Notes under the pieces: generated by a model | Database searches by the model: none | What the model was told of the DNA's origin: nothing | The model's input: the letters and a program-made list of their open reading frames with translations, nothing else | Translations under genes and position numbers: made by a program | In this document: one piece after another, positions 1 to 6,957 of the stretch | How the letters are laid out: every line of letters starts with the position of its first letter | How positions within the stretch are numbered: position 1 is the stretch's first letter | Source: Opitutales bacterium | GTDB taxonomy: Bacteria; Verrucomicrobiota; Verrucomicrobiia; Opitutales; JABSRG01 | Length of the DNA: 14,025 nucleotides | Direction: 5' to 3' | NCBI GenBank assembly: GCA_049599475.1 | Contig: JBMYOQ010000096.1 | Location: forward strand, 1-14,025

Positions 1-10
1 TATAAATCCT

Positions 11-109
11 GGCAGCCCTCTATCTCCGAACGGACGATGGGGGTTGGTTGGGATGCGTAACAGATGGACGCAATTACTGCCTTCAGCCGCTCGGAGATCG
101 GCCTCTACC
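11..109. repeat. Inverted pair of REP-like elements (REPIN-like), one intact and one degenerate
   Basis: Minus strand 109..85 reads GGTAGAGGCCGATCTCCGAGCGGCT, i.e. GTAG followed by the hairpin GGCCG..CGGCT. Plus strand 11..35 reads GGCAGCCCTCTATCTCCGAACGGAC, 16/25 identical to it and sharing the core ATCTCCGARCGG. A small central hairpin TGCGT(54-58)/ACGCA(68-72) lies between them. Confidence 0.45.
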
Positions 110-126
110 GACGGCATCATTCTAAA

Positions 127-186
127 GTAGCGGCATTGCTACGCCATCTCTGGTAATCCCATGCCTGAGGGCAGACCTTCCCCTAC
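127..186. repeat. Two further GTAG-associated short hairpins in opposite orientation
   Basis: Plus 127-142 GTAGCG-GCAT-TGCTAC. Minus 186..167 GTAG-GG-GAAGG-TCTG-CCCTC (imperfect stem). Both are short and could arise by chance. Confidence 0.25.
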
Positions 187-260
187 TCACTGATGTATCG
201 TCGCCTCTAATCCATCACAACAACTTGCAAGGCAGAGATACTGCTTATGGTGGAGGCACT

Positions 261-701
261 ATGTCCTCGAAACTTAAAGCAATCCTCTTTGGAGGCGATA
301 CCGGCATGGGAGTCATGACGGATATCGGCCTCACCATTTTCCGTGTTTTCAGTGGCCTCGCGATGGCGTTCGCGCATGGTCTAGGCAAAGTTCCTCCCTC
401 CGGGGGATTCGTCAACAAAGTAGGCGAAATGGGGTTTCCTTCGCCGAGCCTGTTTGCGTGGGGTGCGGGCCTCTCTGAACTCGTCGGCGGCATTCTATTA
501 GCAATCGGCCTATGCACCCGCATTTCAGCATTGTTCCTCGCAGTTACACTCGGGATCGCAGCCTTCGTTGCTCACAGCAACGACTTGTTCGGAGACGGCA
601 GCTTCGTCGGCGCCGAGAAAGCCCTTCTCTTTTTTACCGGATACATCATTTTCCTCTTCGCTGGCAGCGGACGCTTCGGAGTGGATAAGTTTATCCGATA
701 A
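261..701 (+). CDS. DoxX family membrane protein (146 aa)
   Basis: Four hydrophobic segments. DoxX-type motifs FRVFSG..HGLGK, ELVGGILLAIGLCTR, H..., E and GSGRFGVD. ATG at 261 is preceded by GGAGG (252-256) and is preferred over the TTG at 225. Confidence 0.9.
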   Translation: MSSKLKAILFGGDTGMGVMTDIGLTIFRVFSGLAMAFAHGLGKVPPSGGFVNKVGEMGFPSPSLFAWGAGLSELVGGILLAIGLCTRISALFLAVTLGIAAFVAHSNDLFGDGSFVGAEKALLFFTGYIIFLFAGSGRFGVDKFIR

Positions 702-865
702 AGAAGTTTCTTTGGTGAAGGCCAGGCGCGCTTGATCGCGTTATCAAAATTAATTTCGCAAACAAATGGTACAAGGGAGAACCGTCTCGGTGAGACTATC
801 GGGGTTATTTCCTCCGGCTTGTTAATTCTAGGGTCATCATACTTCAACTCACAAGCTTTAGCGAG

Positions 866-1360
866 CTATCCAGTGCCACCTTCTTTGCTATTTCCTTGTT
901 TGGTACGTGCGATCTTGCTGACAGCCTCTTCCCTCTTCCTATCATATTCTCGAGCATCCCTGCCCTCCCAATACTCGTCACTTCCAACAGCCTTATAATA
1001 AAAGACGATTTCAGTGGCACTAACATCCAAGTGAGTACCGGTTGCCGAGAACCTTTCGCAACGCCCACCTGAGTGACACACAGGCAATCTTCGACGCGTT
1101 CCATCCTCAAAAACATCCAAAACCTCATCAGAAGCCCAACCAAACTCTTGTTCTGAGGAAGTGATAAGAATTCCGTCATCGGGATATTCGTGAACTCGAA
1201 ACCCATCGACAAGTGGCAACCCGGGAAACCCTGGCTGATTGAAAATAGTAATCACTACCCCTTCGTAATCCGAGGGTATCAGATATTGTGAGGGAGTGCG
1301 CTTCTTGTCGCACCCAAAGAGAAAAACAGCGCAGGCCAGAATAATAGGCGCCCGGATCAT
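866..1360 (-). CDS. Hypothetical lipoprotein, DUF6843-like (164 aa)
   Basis: From ATG 1360: MIRAPIILACAVFLFGC, a signal peptide with an LFGC lipobox. It is followed by YLIPSDYEGVVITIFNQPG..P.DGILIT, a pattern recalled for DUF6843. The family call needs an HMM check. Confidence 0.7.
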   Translation of the reverse strand: MIRAPIILACAVFLFGCDKKRTPSQYLIPSDYEGVVITIFNQPGFPGLPLVDGFRVHEYPDDGILITSSEQEFGWASDEVLDVFEDGTRRRLPVCHSGGRCERFSATGTHLDVSATEIVFYYKAVGSDEYWEGRDAREYDRKREEAVSKIARTKQGNSKEGGTG

Positions 1361-1448
1361 ATTTTTTGCGAACAGAATAAACGAAAACACTTTTGAGGAA
1401 CCGAATGGCCCTTATCGAAACTCATCCGCTGAGATCCACACCGCTCGA

Positions 1449-2402
1449 TCAAAGTGCGATTCCTTGATCCTTCATCAATCCTTCGACTACTTGGTTTGAC
1501 TCGAGCACCTGCTCTTTCGTGAGCTTCGGACTGAGCTCTAGGATAAACGCCTGATCGGGTTTAAAGAATTTCTTGATTCCATCCCAATCGATTACACCTG
1601 TACCGATTGTTTGGTGGTCCTTGCCCGCTTTGGAGACATCATGAAGATGCCAGGCGGTGAGCCGGTCCTGCAGGCTCTCCAGGTGCGGAATATGATCTAA
1701 GAGCCCGAGCTGGTGCTTGATCTGGGCGTGGCCTGCATCGTGCCAGTAGCGCGCTTCCGGCACATCCCCAACCGCATCTAAGTAGGCATTCCACCCAGCA
1801 TCCATAGGGAGCTCAGTAAATCCCTCTCGATTCTCCAGACCGAGGATTACGCCCATATCCCGCGCTGCGGGCACGAGTGCCTTGATGCTTTCAATCAGTC
1901 GAGCCATGCCCTTCTTTACCGGTCTACGCATTTTGCGCATGGCTTGGTCGCGCAGTTTTACAAATTGAGCGTCGTCCCCAAGATGCTCCTTATTATCGAG
2001 GCTGTCTTCGTATTCACGGAATTTCCCCGTGGGATCTCCCCAGAAAAACCAGCAGCTACCCGAGTGCACGACCACTCGTTTGGCTCCAATACGCTGGGCA
2101 AACTGCAATGTGTTCACCGAGTGCCGCATCCACATGGAAAGCTCCACCTGACTGGGCCCAGAAGGCTGAAAAACATTGGGCGCAGGCCGCGTAACACCTG
2201 GAGGCAAGGGACAAAAATTGTGAATAGAACTCGCCTTGACCCAGCCTTCCTCAAAGGCCTTTAGGATCCCTGGAACGAGTGATAAACGAATACCGTGGCT
2301 GAGCTCTACATACTCGAAGCCAAGATCCACCATCTCACGCAGCATCTCATACCCGTCGTCATGACGTTGCGAACACCAGCAGCTAGAAAGAGAAATCGGC
2401 AT
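1449..2402 (-). CDS. Sugar phosphate isomerase/epimerase family protein (xylose isomerase-like / AP endonuclease 2 TIM barrel)
   Basis: 317-aa ORF with metal-binding motifs LGF..VEL, VVVHSG, GLENRE, WHDAGH, WHLHD, DHQTIGTGVIDW and ILE. Confidence 0.88.
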   Translation of the reverse strand: MPISLSSCWCSQRHDDGYEMLREMVDLGFEYVELSHGIRLSLVPGILKAFEEGWVKASSIHNFCPLPPGVTRPAPNVFQPSGPSQVELSMWMRHSVNTLQFAQRIGAKRVVVHSGSCWFFWGDPTGKFREYEDSLDNKEHLGDDAQFVKLRDQAMRKMRRPVKKGMARLIESIKALVPAARDMGVILGLENREGFTELPMDAGWNAYLDAVGDVPEARYWHDAGHAQIKHQLGLLDHIPHLESLQDRLTAWHLHDVSKAGKDHQTIGTGVIDWDGIKKFFKPDQAFILELSPKLTKEQVLESNQVVEGLMKDQGIAL

Positions 2403-2419
2403 ATCTTATAAAACTATAC

Positions 2420-2450
2420 AAAAAAGGGCTTTCCCATAATGGAAAAGCCC
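2420..2450 (-). terminator. Rho-independent terminator downstream of rpsU
   Basis: Minus strand GGGCTTTTCC-ATTAT-GGGAAAGCCC-TTTTTT: 10-bp stem with one G-U pair, plus U6, 24 nt after the rpsU stop. Confidence 0.85.
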
Positions 2451-2474
2451 GAAAATTAGAGAATCAGCGCAAAA

Positions 2475-2675
2475 CTACATGTTTTGGTAACGCTGGCGAA
2501 GCATATTTGTGAACGCTGCTACTTTCTTCTTGCGACGCTTAGTTTCGCAAGGTTTCTCAAAGTAACGCTTAGCGCGCACATCGCGGATCACACCTTCGCG
2601 GTCGAGACGTTTCTTCAAACGACGCAACGCACGCTCTACGGGTTCACCTTTACGGATTTTAATCTCAATAGACAT
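2475..2675 (-). CDS. rpsU: 30S ribosomal protein bS21
   Basis: 66-aa basic protein with GEPVERALRRLKK, G..RDVR..RYFEKP...RRKKK, the typical S21 signature. Confidence 0.97.
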   Translation of the reverse strand: MSIEIKIRKGEPVERALRRLKKRLDREGVIRDVRAKRYFEKPCETKRRKKKVAAFTNMLRQRYQNM

Positions 2676-2684
2676 ATCTTTAAT

Positions 2685-2699
2685 TCACCTCGCTTTCTA
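2685..2699 (-). promoter_or_regulatory. Extended Shine-Dalgarno element of rpsU
   Basis: mRNA 5'-UAGAAAG-C-GAGGUGA-3', ending 9 nt before the ATG. The plus strand TCACCTC(G)CTTTCTA equals the common 16S rDNA 3' tail TCACCTCCTTTCTA with one inserted base. Confidence 0.8.
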
Positions 2700-2806
2700 G
2701 GAAACGGAAGAGAAAGACGGATATTGATGTTTGGGTCAACCTCGAATGAAGCATACCGCCAAGATTGACCACCCGGCGTTACCTCAGCCATATCAAACAT
2801 TAATTT

Positions 2807-2846
2807 TGTATGGACAAAGCATACATAAGTACGCATAAAGCATACA
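2807..2846. promoter_or_regulatory. Tandem palindromic operator upstream of the MNT-HEPN pair
   Basis: TGTATG-GACAAAG-CATACA (2807-2825, perfect 6-bp inverted repeat) and AGTACG-CATAAAG-CATACA (2828-2846), offset by 21 bp. Exact direct repeat AAAGCATACA at 2816-2825 and 2837-2846. Confidence 0.7.
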
Positions 2847-2848
2847 CA

Positions 2849-3433
2849 TTGAGTGTTTTAGAACAGATATTTCCCAAAGTAAGAGCCGAGATTATTCGCC
2901 TTTTGTTCGGTGACTCTGAAAGGCAGCTTCATTTGCGAGATCTAGCCCGGTTGAGCGGTCTGGCAGTGGGTACTGTGCAGAGAGAAGTCGCGAAAATGCG
3001 GGAAATTGAACTAATCAAAGAATATAGAGATGGAAACCGTCTATATTTTAGGGCAAATCGCGAACATTCAATCTATTCTGAATTACAAAGTATTGCTCTG
3101 AAGACAACTGGCTTAAAGCCACAGCTTTCCAATGCATTTCGAGACCTAGCGGGAGTTGACCTCGCCTTCGTATATGGATCCTTCGCAAAAGGTTCGCCGA
3201 CTTCGGATAGTGATATAGACTTGTTCATAATCGGTTCAATAGGACTCAGGAAATTAGCTCCCGCGCTTCGGACCGTCGCAAACAAAATGAATCGCGAGAT
3301 TAATCCAACAGTCATGTCTCTAGAGTCATTTAGAGAGAAGTATGTAAATGAAAATGTTTACGTTAGGAATGTAGCAGAAAGCAAAAAACTCTGGATAATC
3401 GGAGCCGAAGATGAGCTTACAACAGTGGTATAA
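2849..3433 (+). CDS. Winged-HTH plus minimal nucleotidyltransferase (MNT) protein, putative antitoxin
   Basis: N-terminal HTH (LHLRDLARLSGLAVGTVQREV...GNRLYFRAN). Pol-beta-type motif GS-x10-DxD (GSFAKGSPTSDSDID, 3176-3220) and C-terminal REINP. The start is uncertain: TTG 2849 is preferred because the alternative ATG 2810 lies inside the operator repeats. Confidence 0.88.
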   Translation: MSVLEQIFPKVRAEIIRLLFGDSERQLHLRDLARLSGLAVGTVQREVAKMREIELIKEYRDGNRLYFRANREHSIYSELQSIALKTTGLKPQLSNAFRDLAGVDLAFVYGSFAKGSPTSDSDIDLFIIGSIGLRKLAPALRTVANKMNREINPTVMSLESFREKYVNENVYVRNVAESKKLWIIGAEDELTTVV

Positions 3434-3854
3434 AAACGGATGGCTGCGCCCTCATACAACAAATCGCCAGCAGATCGCAGATCTTTTCGCGATTGTTGAA
3501 CGAGATCTAGCAGATGCGAAAACCGCCCGTTTAAGCTCCGATTGGCAGTTCGGAATTGCCTACAATGCGGCTCTAAAATTATGCACGATTCTCCTTTATG
3601 CTGAGGGCTTCAGACCTGAAAGGAATTTGGCTCATTACCGGACACTCCAATCTTTACCCATCATCTTGGGAAAGACTAAACAAGACGATGCGGATTACCT
3701 AGATAGCTGCCGCGCCAAACGTAATTTGGTAGAATACGATATGGCTGGTCGAACCAGCAATGAGGAAGCTGATGAACTAATCGGCTTCGCAGCAGAGTTT
3801 AATGCCGATGTCGTCAAGTGGCTCAAAGCAACACATCCTAGTCTGCTGCCTTGA
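3411..3854 (+). CDS. HEPN domain protein, putative toxin (RX4Y-type motif)
   Basis: 147-aa helical protein overlapping the MNT gene by 23 nt, with GGAG 6 nt upstream of the ATG. Motifs DL..A, AYNAA, GFRP....AH and RAKRNLVEYD. Confidence 0.82.
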   Translation: MSLQQWYKNGWLRPHTTNRQQIADLFAIVERDLADAKTARLSSDWQFGIAYNAALKLCTILLYAEGFRPERNLAHYRTLQSLPIILGKTKQDDADYLDSCRAKRNLVEYDMAGRTSNEEADELIGFAAEFNADVVKWLKATHPSLLP

Positions 3855-3867
3855 CCCGTTTACCCCA

Positions 3868-4815
3868 CTAAATCCGGTAATAAGCCTTCGCACTCTGGAC
3901 GTCCTTCGCGATCTGCTCTTTGAGGTGATCAAAGCTTTCGAATTTCATTTCAGGGCGGACGAAATTAAGCCAGCGCACATCGATAATATCTCCCGTATCC
4001 ATGTTTGGATGACCATCTAGCGCGTGTACCTCTAGCAGCGGCTCAGTGAGATCGCCGACTGTTGGGCGGAGACCGTAGTTGGCCACGGCGGGTCGCCAGT
4101 GCTGGGGCTTTTCCTGCAGGGCAACCTCTACGCAATACACGCCATAGCGTGGTTTAAGGTCAGGATCCCAGACCACATTTAGAGTCGGAAACCCAATTTT
4201 ACGGCCGTTTTGCTTACCAGGAACAACCTTTCCCTCTGAACAGTATGGATACCCCAGCAAATGGTTGGCTCCAGAAATACTGCCTTCAGCAATCAACTTT
4301 CGAATACGCGTAGAGCTGATTGCTTCCCCACTTTCGCGAACGCGATTCCCTGAGAAAATATATAAACCGAGCCCCTTGGCCTGCTCGATCAAGAGCTCGA
4401 CATCTCCGCCTCGGCCTGACCCAAAACGAAAATTTTCTCCGATAAAGATCTCTCGAAGCTCAGGAAGGCCTTGTTTCAACCACGGTAAGAAATCTTTGGC
4501 TTTCTGGCGTGCAAACTCTGTATCGAAGGGAATCTCCAGCATTAAATCCACACCCGAGGCCTCCAGACGGCGACGCTTTTGGTCCGGCTTAAGAATCATC
4601 AGAGTCGGGTCTTCGGGACGAAATATGCGGCTGGGATGAGGCCAAAAAGTAAGCACAATACAAACACCACGATCAATGACGGCACTGCGTCGTGCGGCAT
4701 TCAATACAGACTGGTGCCCGATGTGCACCCCATCGAACATGCCGATTGCCAGGAAAACAGGGCCACGGCCCTGGACCGCTGCAGAAGCTTCTTCGAGCGA
4801 ATGAACAATCTGCAT
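3868..4815 (-). CDS. ribF: Bifunctional riboflavin kinase / FAD synthetase
   Basis: GMFDGVHIGH, LTFWPHP, GENFRFG, ISSTRIR, GRKIGFPTLN, GVY, RPT, LEVH and RPEMKF. Confidence 0.97.
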   Translation of the reverse strand: MQIVHSLEEASAAVQGRGPVFLAIGMFDGVHIGHQSVLNAARRSAVIDRGVCIVLTFWPHPSRIFRPEDPTLMILKPDQKRRRLEASGVDLMLEIPFDTEFARQKAKDFLPWLKQGLPELREIFIGENFRFGSGRGGDVELLIEQAKGLGLYIFSGNRVRESGEAISSTRIRKLIAEGSISGANHLLGYPYCSEGKVVPGKQNGRKIGFPTLNVVWDPDLKPRYGVYCVEVALQEKPQHWRPAVANYGLRPTVGDLTEPLLEVHALDGHPNMDTGDIIDVRWLNFVRPEMKFESFDHLKEQIAKDVQSAKAYYRI

Positions 4816-4834
4816 AGAGTCTTCCGTGTATCGA

Positions 4835-5563
4835 CTATGAAATTACGTGCGTGGGGACTGCTTGATAGATTGGCATGAGTGCGCGGCGGCGCGCCACATT
4901 GTCCATCTCCACAAGCTGATCTAGAGTGACTGCGTCCTCTATTTTGAAGCGTTCAATCTCTGTGCGACGCAAAGCTGAAAGGTGTGCGCCACATCCCAAT
5001 TTTTCGCCGATATCATGAGCGACAGAGCGCACATAAGTCCCCTTACTGCAGGCCAGCCGGAAGGTAAACTTTGGCATTTCGAAGCTATTCAGGTCGAAAT
5101 CGGAAATGCGAATAAAACGAGGCTCACGCTCCACGGTCTTGCCCTTGCGTGCCATTTTGTAGAGCGGCACCCCCTTTATTTTCTTCGCCGAAAACATGGG
5201 AGGCGTTTGGTATTGGTCGCCCTTAAAGGTAGCCATCGCTTCAAGAAGGCCTTCTTGAGAGAGTTCTGGCAGTTCTTTTTCCGCGGTCACTTCGCCATCA
5301 GCGTCATAGGAATCCGTAGTAACACCTAAAGTCACTTCGCCGGTGTAGACCTTATCCAAACTCATGAGGAATTGAGACACTTTAGTCGCTTTTCCCACAA
5401 GAATAATGACCAAACCAGTCGCCATCGGATCTAAGGTCCCGGCGTGGCCCACCTGCTTCATACCGAAAGTGCGTCTTACCCGATCCACGACATCGTGGGA
5501 GGTTATTCCCTGCGGCTTATCTACTAATAGAATACCTTCTGGCTTCGTATCTACTTCGCTCAT
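4835..5563 (-). CDS. truB: tRNA pseudouridine(55) synthase
   Basis: [50 protein letters not shown] and LRR. ATG 5563 chosen, 7 nt after the upstream stop. Confidence 0.97.
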   Translation of the reverse strand: MSEVDTKPEGILLVDKPQGITSHDVVDRVRRTFGMKQVGHAGTLDPMATGLVIILVGKATKVSQFLMSLDKVYTGEVTLGVTTDSYDADGEVTAEKELPELSQEGLLEAMATFKGDQYQTPPMFSAKKIKGVPLYKMARKGKTVEREPRFIRISDFDLNSFEMPKFTFRLACSKGTYVRSVAHDIGEKLGCGAHLSALRRTEIERFKIEDAVTLDQLVEMDNVARRRALMPIYQAVPTHVIS

Positions 5564-5570
5564 TAAATCT

Positions 5571-6566
5571 CTATGCTTTTCCGATCTCTTTCCAATGCGC
5601 GTCAATAGCGTCGATCAGTTTTGGGTAAAATTCTTCAATGGTCGTGTCTTGGTTAAGACCTGCTGCGGCAGCATGTCCCCCACCCGCAAATTGCTTAGCA
5701 ATGATATCTACACGGTATGCGGGATCCTTCGCCCGGAGGCTTCCCTTTAGCTTGCCCTTGTTTTCTTCGAGGAGCACTCCGAGGTCCACACCTTCGATAG
5801 CACGCGCGTAATCGACGAGGCCTTCTGTATCCTCGGCAGTCGTGCCCGTTTCTACATAGTCCTGCTCAGTAATCAGTCCCACGACCACTCGGCCACCGAA
5901 CTCCTTCTTGAACGAAGCCAAGAAACGCTGGAGGAGCTGAAGCTTCCCGTAGGTTTCGTTTTCGTAGAGTTCAAAAGCAGCTTTGGCGGGATCAGCACCG
6001 AGCTCAGTTAGGCGGCGGCACACGTCGAAAACGGCATCCGTTGTCGCTGAGAAACGGAATTGTCCGGTGTCGGTCGCGATACCGATGTAGCACGCTTGGG
6101 CTGTGACCGCATCGACTTCGTATCCACCGTCCAAAAACAGGTTCGCTAGAATTTCGCCTGTCGCAGAAGCGGTGCCAATAATGATATTCTCGGCAGCATA
6201 ACCTGGATTCGACAAGTGGTGGTCGATGTTGAGTGCGATATTTTCCGCATGAGGGATCACCCCGGAGCCAAATCGTTTCGTCGCCGCGCAGTCGACAGAG
6301 GCCAGTGCGTCTGCTGAGCCATCCCACTCCGAAGCTTCCATAAACGGCGTATCTCCGACAAAGGAAGTCAAAACGCGCGGCACAGGATCATTATTCACAC
6401 AAAAAGCATCTACGCCCTTCGTGCGCAAGACACGGCAGAGTGCCACTTGAGAGCCGATGCAATCACCATCTGGGCGCACATGACCAAGGATAGCGACTTT
6501 TTTGCCTTCGAGGCTCTTTACCGCTGCATCGAAGCGTTGTTGTTCTTCAGGATAGCTTACTGGCAT
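5571..6566 (-). CDS. nrnA: DHH/DHHA1 phosphoesterase, NrnA-like (nanoRNase / pAp phosphatase)
   Basis: [29 protein letters not shown] and GGGHAAAAG. Typical position between rbfA and truB. ATG 6566 lies 4 nt after the rbfA stop. Confidence 0.9.
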   Translation of the reverse strand: MPVSYPEEQQRFDAAVKSLEGKKVAILGHVRPDGDCIGSQVALCRVLRTKGVDAFCVNNDPVPRVLTSFVGDTPFMEASEWDGSADALASVDCAATKRFGSGVIPHAENIALNIDHHLSNPGYAAENIIIGTASATGEILANLFLDGGYEVDAVTAQACYIGIATDTGQFRFSATTDAVFDVCRRLTELGADPAKAAFELYENETYGKLQLLQRFLASFKKEFGGRVVVGLITEQDYVETGTTAEDTEGLVDYARAIEGVDLGVLLEENKGKLKGSLRAKDPAYRVDIIAKQFAGGGHAAAAGLNQDTTIEEFYPKLIDAIDAHWKEIGKA

Positions 6567-6570
6567 AAAT

Positions 6571-6939
6571 TTATTCGTTTTCAGGATTTTCGTCGTATTC
6601 GTCAGGCACCTCAATGTCCTCCAGGAGTTCCACGGTGCGCGCTCCACGTTGCATGGAGGTGTCTTCGACAAATTTCAAGAACGGTGTATATTTTATGAGC
6701 ACGCGCTTCATCGCTGCCTGACGGAGAGGGCCGGCAATTTTACGAAACAGATTCCGCGCCTTTTTACTATCTTCCTTACCTCCGAGCACCGAATAATAGA
6801 CCACCCCAGTCCGAAGATCCGGGGAGATATCGACATCGGTGATCGTAATCATCACTGATTCGGAGCGATAAGTCGTATGGAGCTGCTCCGAGATTTCCCG
6901 GTGCAGCAGCTCGTTGACGCGAACCATTCTCTGGCTCAT
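6571..6939 (-). CDS. rbfA: Ribosome-binding factor A
   Basis: RMVRVNELLHREIS, ITITDVDISPDLR and KYTPFLKFVEDTS..RG. Directly follows infB. Confidence 0.95.
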   Translation of the reverse strand: MSQRMVRVNELLHREISEQLHTTYRSESVMITITDVDISPDLRTGVVYYSVLGGKEDSKKARNLFRKIAGPLRQAAMKRVLIKYTPFLKFVEDTSMQRGARTVELLEDIEVPDEYDENPENE

Positions 6940-6957
6940 AGCAAGTATCGGCTAGGG

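Noticed and set aside
683..696. Palindrome GGATAA-GT-TTATCC at the 3' end of the DoxX gene
   Set aside because: Inside coding sequence, with a 2-nt loop and no U-tract; likely chance.
572..998. ORFs 572..847 (-) and 732..998 (+) spanning the DoxX/lipoprotein junction
   Set aside because: TTG starts, overlap with better-supported genes on the opposite strand and no motifs.
5564..5605. Longer ORF-track N-terminus for truB (likewise nrnA 6671, nusA 10902, DoxX 225, lipoprotein 1390 and coiled-coil 11055)
   Set aside because: The extensions use non-ATG starts, overlap upstream genes or regulatory hairpins, or precede signal peptides. Downstream ATGs fit family N-termini better.
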